A stretch of 64,000 nt of DNA from Acidobacteriaceae bacterium (GTDB taxonomy: Bacteria; Acidobacteriota; Terriglobia; Terriglobales; Acidobacteriaceae). The notes under the pieces were generated by a model. It did not search any database. It was not told the origin of the DNA and saw nothing but the letters and a program-made list of their open reading frames with translations. The position numbers and the translations under genes were made by a program. Location: assembly GCA_003139095.1 (NCBI GenBank), contig PLHW01000026.1, forward strand, positions 13,602-77,601, given 5' to 3'. This document shows positions 57,454 to 64,000 of this stretch, in pieces (position 1 is the first letter of the stretch; each line of letters starts with the position of its first letter).

Positions 57454-57508
57454 TTGCTCGTAGCTCGTGGCTCGACGCTCGAGGCTCGTAGCTCGCGGCT
57501 CGCAGCTG
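57454..57508. repeat. phased heptamer array (NNGCTCG)x7 plus a degenerate eighth unit
   Basis: GCTCG starts at 57456, 57463, 57470, 57477, 57484, 57491 and 57498, with GCTG at 57505. Intergenic. Confidence 0.9.
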
Positions 57509-57513
57509 TTTTT

Positions 57514-57939
57514 TCAAAACCACGTCCGCGCGCGATACTCCCGATACTCCTCCCCAAACTTCTCCTCCAGCACCCGCGCTTCTCGCCGCGCCCGCCAGAT
57601 CTGCATTGGCACAATAATCACCAGCAGCGCCAGCAGCTCAGGCCGCCCTACCATCACCGCCACCCCAATCAAACAAATCACGCCCGAAACGTAGATCGGA
57701 TTTCGAATCTTCGAATAAATCCCCGTCGTCACCAGCGCCCGCGCCTTGGCCCTGATCGAAAACGACTGCCCCAGCGTATACCGCGCCAGAACCACGCCGC
57801 CCAGCCCGATTCCAGCCAGCCCAAGCCCCACCCACCGCGCCACTCCATGCGGCCCCGGTCCCCGCAGGAAAACCTCGCCCACCGCCCAAACTCCCACCAC
57901 CAGCGGCAACCACACCCGCAAAATCGCTCCACGATCCAT
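57514..57939 (-). CDS. ICMT/PEMT-family methyltransferase membrane protein (second copy in the window)
   Basis: ..LVTTGIYSKIRNPIYVSGVI...EARVLEEKFGEEYREYRARTWF. 141 aa, 3-4 TM helices. Confidence 0.75.
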   Translation of the reverse strand: MDRGAILRVWLPLVVGVWAVGEVFLRGPGPHGVARWVGLGLAGIGLGGVVLARYTLGQSFSIRAKARALVTTGIYSKIRNPIYVSGVICLIGVAVMVGRPELLALLVIIVPMQIWRARREARVLEEKFGEEYREYRARTWF

Positions 57940-58033
57940 CAGTTGACTCCAGGAACCAGCCCACGACGATACGCCGAGTGCGCCGGCATTTCCCCCAGCA
58001 CTAGCGAAACGGCAGAACGCCAGTCACCAATCG

Positions 58034-58066
58034 CCAAAAAGAAGGAGCCCGAGTAACTCGGGCTCC
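58034..58066 (-). terminator. Rho-independent terminator of the TonB-dependent receptor gene
   Basis: Perfect 10-bp stem GGAGCCCGAG (58044-58053) / CTCGGGCTCC (58057-58066) with loop TAA. On the minus strand it is followed by TTCTTTTTGG. Confidence 0.85.
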
Positions 58067-58096
58067 CAAAAGCTTGCTTCTGTTGTGTTCCCTTGC

Positions 58097-61000
58097 CTAG
58101 AACGAGAACCGCAGCGAGAACTGTCCAAACCGCCGCTCGTCGTGGTTGCCGCCGGAGGCGAAGTTATTCAGACCGCCTTTGAGTTCGTCAACCGTAAGGG
58201 GCGTGCTGGCCGGGCCCGCATAATAGTACAAGTTGGGCGTGAAGACGTACATATTGTGGTGGTTGAAGATGTTAAAGCCTTCCGCGCGGAACTCCATGCC
58301 TACCCGCTCGGTGACTTTGAACGTCTTCGAAACCGCCGTATCCAGGTTCCATGCCCCCGGTCCGCGGAATGTGTTCCGGCCCGTCATGCCAGACGGGAAC
58401 GGTCCCAGGTCCGAATAGCCAAGCAACGGGTTGTTTGACCCGATGTTTGCCGGTATTGGGAGAGTTAGGCCCGCGTAGCTATTCACGCCGTCAGCCTGAG
58501 GATTGGAGCTTACCTTGTAGGACGACGGTGCTGTCGCCAGCGTTACGCGAGGCACCGTGTATCCGATTTCTACATACGAGTAGTCATACACGTTAAACGG
58601 TACACCGGTACGGGCGGTGAAGATGCCTACCAGCGACCATCCACCCAACGCCTCAGCCTGCAGGCTGTGACCTGTCTTGAACCACGGCGTCTCCCAGATG
58701 GGCGAGATCACCAGGCGGTGGCGCACGTCATAATCTGACGGGCCCCAGTCCAGCTTCGGGTTGAACGGATCCGTGTAGCCCAGACTTCCGATGTATCCCG
58801 AACCACCCTGCAAGCTGTCCGAGAACGCCGAGCTTTCGTCATCCAGCGAGTGCGACCAGGTGTAGTTTGCGGTCACGCTCACACCCGTCCGCCTAAGGTT
58901 CTGCGACTGGAACTTCAGGTTCATGGCATTGTAGCTGCTGCTGCCCAGACTGCCGCGCATATTGATGGCAGCATATTGCGAATTCGGCCGGGTCGGGCAT
59001 TCCGCCGCTCCGGTGTCGAAGTTTACAAACTGGCACGGCGCTCCGGTAACTGGATCGGGCGTCGTAATCAGCGGATCGCCCAGATACATATTGCCCGCAC
59101 CGTACTGGTCCACGTTTTCGATGTCATAGAGGTGAACTCCATGCGCACCGCTGTATCCCAGTTCCACGATCGTGTTCCGCGCCACCTCGCGTTGGACCGA
59201 CAGGCTCCAGAACTGCGTTTGCGCCGTTTTGATATTCGGGTCGGGCATGCGTAGCTCAACCGGCGGCAGGTTGCTTGCCGGACCGGGCAGCCCCAGCGGA
59301 CCGAGGTCGTTGTTGGTCACGTTCACCGTGCAGTTCACCGACTGCGCCACGCAATTGGCACTGATAACCGCGCTCGCCGGCGGGTTGAAGCTGGCGTTGT
59401 ACGTGACGTTGCCAAAGTTACGTTCATAGCTGATGCCAAATCCACCGCGCAAGCTGCTCTTGCCATCGCCGAAGATGTCATAAGCAAACCCTACGCGCGG
59501 TGCGAACGTGCCCCAGCTCGGCTTCCAGAATTGTCCAACCGAGCTCTGATCGGCAATCTGTACGCCGCCCGTTCTGACTTGCTGCTCAATCCCGCTTCCC
59601 GGACCAAAGTAGAAGTTCGAGTCCAGATTCGCATGGTTGTTGTGCTGCACCCCATAGTGCTCCCAGCGCAATCCATAGTTCAGGGTTAATCTCGGCGTCA
59701 TACGGAAGCTGTCCTGGCCGTACAAAGCCCAGTCCTTATAGCGATAGCTCCTCGCATAGGCCGCCGATGTCAGCGGCGGTTGTACCACGCTGTTGGCCGG
59801 GCAGTCAGTGCCATTGAGGCCTGGGCCGCCCGTGCCAGTTCCAATCAATTCTAACCACGGATTCTCCGGGCAAGGCAGCGCCCCGTTCGGATTCACCCTG
59901 GCCGTAAACGTGACCAGTTGGCTTCCGCCGGGGTTTCCGGCGACGTTCAGCAGGTCGGCCATCGAATCCGGCGAGTTGGTGCCCAACTCTTCTACTGCCT
60001 GAGCGTACGCGCCGTAGGCTACGTTTAACTGAATGTAGGTGAACTGTCCGCCGAACCGCATGTTGTGGCGGCCCTTCGTCCAGGAAATGTCATGCTCGAA
60101 TTGGATCGTGTTCTGCGGTCCGCCGAACGGCAATCCGCCCAAGCCCGGCTCCGACGCGTTGAACAATCCCGGCATCTGGATCGTGCCGCCTGTCGCCGGG
60201 TCCACCGGCGAGACGAACATCAAGTCCGGCGTATTCTGATACGTGTTGTTGTACGCGTCGAAACTGTTGTAACGCGTATAGCTTAATTTCGTGTTGTTCA
60301 GCAGCGTGGAACTAAATGTGTGATTCACCGAGAACAAATAGCTCTGGTTGTAGTTGGTCGATCCTACGTCGAACTGCGGGTACGCGCTGTAAGAGCCAGT
60401 GCCCGGCAGAAAGATGTCTTTTTCATTCGCCCCGCGGAAGAACAGCTGCGTCTTCTCGCTCAGGTTGTAATCAATGCGCCCGACCGTCGTGTAGGTATTC
60501 TGCGGTGCTCCACCACCCGCGTCGAACGGCACCGTGAAGTTCACCGTATCGAATACCGGCGTGCTGCCCGGGATCGTCGTCACCCCATTTACTGGGCCAA
60601 TAAAGTTAGGGCTGGCCGCGTTGATCTGGGCCACCGTCGCCGCTACGCCGGCACTCGGTAACGCGCCCGTCGCATACGTGCTGAAGTACGACTGCGCATT
60701 CGTCGGCAAATACGCCAGGAATGCCGGGTCGAAGATTTCCTCCGTCTGACGGGAGGAACTGCGCACCCGCGTCCATTCCACGCTTCCGGAAATGAACAGT
60801 TTGTTCTTCATGATCGGCCCGCCCGCCTGGAACCCGAACTGGTTGCGGGTGTATCCGCCCTTGGGAATCTGGTTGGCGTCGTTATTAAAGGTATTCGCGG
60901 TGTAAGCTGCCAACCGGTTAAACTCCCATGCCGAACCATGCCAGTTATTCGAGCCGGCCTTCGTGGTCACGTTAACCACGCCGCCCGACGCGCGGCCATA

Positions 61001-61720
61001 CTCGGCCGAGAAGTTGTTGGTTACAACGCTGTATTCCTGCACGCCATCGAGCGGGATGTTCTCGCCCACGCTCACGCCGAACACGCTCACGTTCTCGACG
61101 CCGTCCAGCAGGATTTCCGTGCCCGATTCGCGTTGACCGTTAATGGCAAAACCGACGCCGCGGCTCGAGAGTTCCTGTCCCGCCATTTCGCCGTTTGACG
61201 TGCTGTCGCCGTTGCTCACGTTGCCGGAAATCGCTACGAAGTCATAGGGGTTGCGCGTCAGGCTGGGCAGTTGCGCCAGTTGCTGCGCGTCGATGAGCTG
61301 CGACAATTCCTGCGTCTGCGTGTTGACTTCGGTCGCCGCTCCCGCCGTTACTTCCACCACGGTGTTGCCGCTGCCGACCGTCAACTGCGCGTCGATGGTC
61401 GAGTGTCCGCCCACGGACACTTCCACCGGAACCTTGTAGGTCTGGAATCCGCTCTTCGAAACCACCAGTTGGTAGTTGCCCGGCGTCAGGTTCGAAATAC
61501 GGTACTCGCCCAAGCTGTTGCTCGACGAAGTTCTTTCCGCGTTGTTCGCCGTGTTCGTAATCGTGACCTTCGCGTCGGCCACCACCGCTCCCGTCGCGTC
61601 CTTCACCACGCCCGCGACTGTGCCCGTCTCCGCTTGCCCGAACACAAATACGCTGGTCAGAAGTACAACAGCGAGTATCGCTATCGTTCGCCACAAACCT
61701 TGGCTGTTTAGCCTGCTCAT
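58097..61720 (-). CDS. TonB-dependent outer-membrane receptor with N-terminal carboxypeptidase-regulatory-like domain
   Basis: Trimmed to the ATG at 61720 (SD GAGGAGG). Signal peptide. GTVAGVVKDATGAVVADAKVTITN...GEYRISNLTPGNYQL (CarboxypepD_reg), a plug-like region, and a long beta-barrel ending ..RRFGQFSLRFSF (terminal Phe). Confidence 0.9.
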   Translation of the reverse strand: MSRLNSQGLWRTIAILAVVLLTSVFVFGQAETGTVAGVVKDATGAVVADAKVTITNTANNAERTSSSNSLGEYRISNLTPGNYQLVVSKSGFQTYKVPVEVSVGGHSTIDAQLTVGSGNTVVEVTAGAATEVNTQTQELSQLIDAQQLAQLPSLTRNPYDFVAISGNVSNGDSTSNGEMAGQELSSRGVGFAINGQRESGTEILLDGVENVSVFGVSVGENIPLDGVQEYSVVTNNFSAEYGRASGGVVNVTTKAGSNNWHGSAWEFNRLAAYTANTFNNDANQIPKGGYTRNQFGFQAGGPIMKNKLFISGSVEWTRVRSSSRQTEEIFDPAFLAYLPTNAQSYFSTYATGALPSAGVAATVAQINAASPNFIGPVNGVTTIPGSTPVFDTVNFTVPFDAGGGAPQNTYTTVGRIDYNLSEKTQLFFRGANEKDIFLPGTGSYSAYPQFDVGSTNYNQSYLFSVNHTFSSTLLNNTKLSYTRYNSFDAYNNTYQNTPDLMFVSPVDPATGGTIQMPGLFNASEPGLGGLPFGGPQNTIQFEHDISWTKGRHNMRFGGQFTYIQLNVAYGAYAQAVEELGTNSPDSMADLLNVAGNPGGSQLVTFTARVNPNGALPCPENPWLELIGTGTGGPGLNGTDCPANSVVQPPLTSAAYARSYRYKDWALYGQDSFRMTPRLTLNYGLRWEHYGVQHNNHANLDSNFYFGPGSGIEQQVRTGGVQIADQSSVGQFWKPSWGTFAPRVGFAYDIFGDGKSSLRGGFGISYERNFGNVTYNASFNPPASAVISANCVAQSVNCTVNVTNNDLGPLGLPGPASNLPPVELRMPDPNIKTAQTQFWSLSVQREVARNTIVELGYSGAHGVHLYDIENVDQYGAGNMYLGDPLITTPDPVTGAPCQFVNFDTGAAECPTRPNSQYAAINMRGSLGSSSYNAMNLKFQSQNLRRTGVSVTANYTWSHSLDDESSAFSDSLQGGSGYIGSLGYTDPFNPKLDWGPSDYDVRHRLVISPIWETPWFKTGHSLQAEALGGWSLVGIFTARTGVPFNVYDYSYVEIGYTVPRVTLATAPSSYKVSSNPQADGVNSYAGLTLPIPANIGSNNPLLGYSDLGPFPSGMTGRNTFRGPGAWNLDTAVSKTFKVTERVGMEFRAEGFNIFNHHNMYVFTPNLYYYAGPASTPLTVDELKGGLNNFASGGNHDERRFGQFSLRFSF

Positions 61721-62135
61721 TACTGGCCTCCTCAACTTCAATTTCTTCTCAATTTCATTCCGACTGCGGATCTTGATTCCTGAAGCGGGTAAATCTGAGA
61801 ATCATGCGGCCCTGGAAAACCGCTTTCCTACGCTTGTAGAACCCAACTGCCACGGGGACACACAAGAACCCGTGTCCGGGCTAAAGCAAGCAGGTAACCA
61901 AAGGAAAGAATGATTAAACTATTGAATATAAATATCTTAGAAGGTAGGTAACCTGCCAATCTCCGGAAATTGGGACTCCCCAAGTCTCCAAATTATGAAC
62001 TTTCATATTTTTCGCCCGACTCCCCTCCCCTAAGTCAATACTCCATTTGCCCCTAAAACCGCCTCCGACAATGCCCGCCGCCTGACATCCCCTCCAGCCA
62101 GTTCCGCCTCACAGTTGTGTTAGCCTGAGGCCAAT

Positions 62136-64000
62136 ATGCGACCTCGAAGCCTCCTCGTTTTTTTGGCCCTCGCCGGCGCCTTCGCCCCGCTCGCTCCCGC
62201 CCAGGCCACCTCGCCAAGCTCGGCGCCCAACGCGCCCGACGTCTTCCTCGTCACCATCGATACCCTCCGCGCCGACCACCTCGCCTGCTACGGCTATAAA
62301 GACGTCGAAACTCCCACTCTCGACTCCCTCGCCGCAGATGGCGTCCGCTTCTCCGCCGCTTTCACGCACAGCCCCATCACCAATACCTCCCACGCCAGCA
62401 TTCTCACCGGCCTTCTCCCCAGCATCCACGGTGTCACCGACTTCGGCGTCCCCCTCGCGCCCCAGCACGTCACCGCCGCCGAGCTTCTCAAAAAGCAGGG
62501 ATACCAGACCGCCGCCTTCATCGCCGCCGTCATTCTCGATAGCAATCAGCTCGCTCCCGGCTTCGACCGCGGCTTCGATTTCTACGACAACTTCCCCGCC
62601 AACTCCAACTCGCCCAACTCGAAAGACCGCTTCGGCCGCGTCGAGCGCCGCGCCCAGACCGTTATCGAGCACGCCACTTCCTGGCTTGCCCAGCATCCCG
62701 CCGCCCCCGGCAGTCCGCGCTTTATGTGGGTTCACCTCTTCGATCCCCACGATCCCTACGAGCCCCCGCCGCCTTTCTCCGAAAAGTACGCCAAGCATCT
62801 TTACGACGGCGAGATCGCCTACGCCGATTCTCAGCTCGCCCACTTCATCGCCACGCTCAAATCCTCCGGCGCTTATCAGAATTCCCTCATCATTGTTGTT
62901 GGCGACCACGGCGAAGGCCTCGGCGAGCACGGCGAAGATACCCACGGCCTCTTTCTCTACGACTCAACCCTCCACGTCCCGCTCATCGTCAAACTGCCCG
63001 CCGCCGCCCATCGCGGCGAGGTCATCGACAACTTAGTCCGCACCACCGATATTCTTCCCACCATTCTTTCGCTCACCAGCGCGCCAGCGCCGCCCGAGCT
63101 AAACGGTGCCTCGCTCCTCCCTCTAATCGACCGCCAATCCGATCCCGCCCGAGAACTCCTCGGCGAAACCGACTATCCCCTACGCTGGGGATGGGCGCCC
63201 ATCAAGGCTTTGCGCGAGCAGAATGCCAAGCTGATCGAAGCTCCGCGCCCCGAGTTCTACGATCTCCAGTCCGATCCTCACGAGCTCAAAAATCTCTACC
63301 AGCCGCAGGCCGGAAACGCCGCCAGCGCCAACTCCGCATCTCAGTCCGCTCGCGGCTCGCAAGCCGAGCTCGCATCCGAAATGGCCAAGTGGAAGGCCAA
63401 ACTGCCCGCCCCGCCCGCCAACTCCGCTCCCGCCGCGAATCTTCCCGACTCCAATCTCCCCGACCCCAAAGACAAGGTCGAAGTCCAGAATCTTCTCCAC
63501 AACTCCATGCTCGCCTCCGACGACGGCCGCATCGCCGACTCCCGCGCCTATCTGGAAAAAGCCGTCCAGGTCGATCCCACCTCGGCCACCGCCTTCCGCC
63601 AGCTAGGAGAGCTGGAACTCTCCGCCGCCGATTACCCCAAAGCCGCCGCGCATCTCAAGCGCGCCATCGAACTCCAGCCGAACGACGCCGTAGCCGCCTT
63701 CGAAGCCGGCCAGGCCCTCGATAAGATCGCCGACTATCCTGCCGCCCGCGCCGCCCTGGAGGCCAGCCTCAAACTCAACCCAGACCAGACCAACGCCCGC
63801 ATCTTACTAGGTCATGTCGATCTCAAGTTAAAAGACGCCCACAGCGCCGAAGACCAATTCGAAGCCGCCTTATTAGTCGACTCCGATAACTCCGAAGCCC
63901 GCATAGGCCTGGCCGAAGCCCAAGTTACAAAAGGAGACTACGCCTCCGCCCGCCCAGACTTAGAGAAACTTACTAAGTCAAATCCAAACAACGCCCAAGC
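62136..64000 (+). CDS. secreted sulfatase-fold (alkaline-phosphatase superfamily) enzyme fused to TPR repeats, 3' partial
   Basis: Missing from the ORF track because it has no stop within the window. I translated the frame by hand from the ATG at 62136 to 64000 and found no stop. Signal peptide MRPRSLLVFLALAGAFAPLAPAQA. DVFLVTIDTLRADHL, FMWVHLFDPHDPY, VVGDHGEGLGEHGE. TPR-like helices start at about 63480. Confidence 0.85.
   Translation, partial: MRPRSLLVFLALAGAFAPLAPAQATSPSSAPNAPDVFLVTIDTLRADHLACYGYKDVETPTLDSLAADGVRFSAAFTHSPITNTSHASILTGLLPSIHGVTDFGVPLAPQHVTAAELLKKQGYQTAAFIAAVILDSNQLAPGFDRGFDFYDNFPANSNSPNSKDRFGRVERRAQTVIEHATSWLAQHPAAPGSPRFMWVHLFDPHDPYEPPPPFSEKYAKHLYDGEIAYADSQLAHFIATLKSSGAYQNSLIIVVGDHGEGLGEHGEDTHGLFLYDSTLHVPLIVKLPAAAHRGEVIDNLVRTTDILPTILSLTSAPAPPELNGASLLPLIDRQSDPARELLGETDYPLRWGWAPIKALREQNAKLIEAPRPEFYDLQSDPHELKNLYQPQAGNAASANSASQSARGSQAELASEMAKWKAKLPAPPANSAPAANLPDSNLPDPKDKVEVQNLLHNSMLASDDGRIADSRAYLEKAVQVDPTSATAFRQLGELELSAADYPKAAAHLKRAIELQPNDAVAAFEAGQALDKIADYPAARAALEASLKLNPDQTNARILLGHVDLKLKDAHSAEDQFEAALLVDSDNSEARIGLAEAQVTKGDYASARPDLEKLTKSNPNNAQ

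Noticed and set aside
61761-61860. TPP-riboswitch-like words (CTGAGA, ACCC) near the TonB-receptor leader
   Set aside because: CTGAGA is on the plus strand, while the receptor is on the minus strand, which reads CTCAGA. The conserved CCUGAUC..GG.UAAU..CC.GCG.AGGGA segment is absent on either strand.

Overview
High-GC (about 60%+ by eye) bacterial chromosomal segment. The gene families suggest Acidobacteriota, which is an inference from the VWFA-related acidobacterial-type VWA protein, a CarboxypepD_reg-type TonB-dependent receptor, a sulfatase-TPR fusion and many small Cys-rich ORFs. Most of the window is housekeeping: map, dnaB, lepA, miaA, thrS, an EF-G2-like paralogue, ruvB, ridA, an FKBP PPIase, rpmB, mscL, mutY, rlpA, a HIT protein, gdhA and an S46 peptidase. 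These are interspersed with secreted or envelope proteins of unknown function. I found no rRNA, tRNA, CRISPR array, transposase or integrase. One ORF missing from the supplied track is real: a sulfatase-fold/TPR gene starting at 62136 that runs off the window end. I see no clear multi-gene novel system. The best leads are: (1) an orphan 754-aa protein whose residues ~462-605 match class III nucleotidyl-cyclase motifs, sitting between two unrecognisable domains; (2) a 107-bp direct duplication of the gdhA 3' end bracketing a ~1.1-kb insert that holds an ATPase relic and a CBM-like secreted gene; (3) a phased heptamer array (NNGCTCG)x7 in an intergenic spacer; (4) a divergent pair of tiny genes with a near-consensus sigma-54 promoter and a two-frame ambiguity; (5) two secreted Trp/Tyr/Gly-rich proteins that each carry an in-frame 24-bp tandem repeat. 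All family assignments come from reading motifs by eye, with no searches run. Many long ORFs in the track are antisense artefacts of high GC and were rejected.
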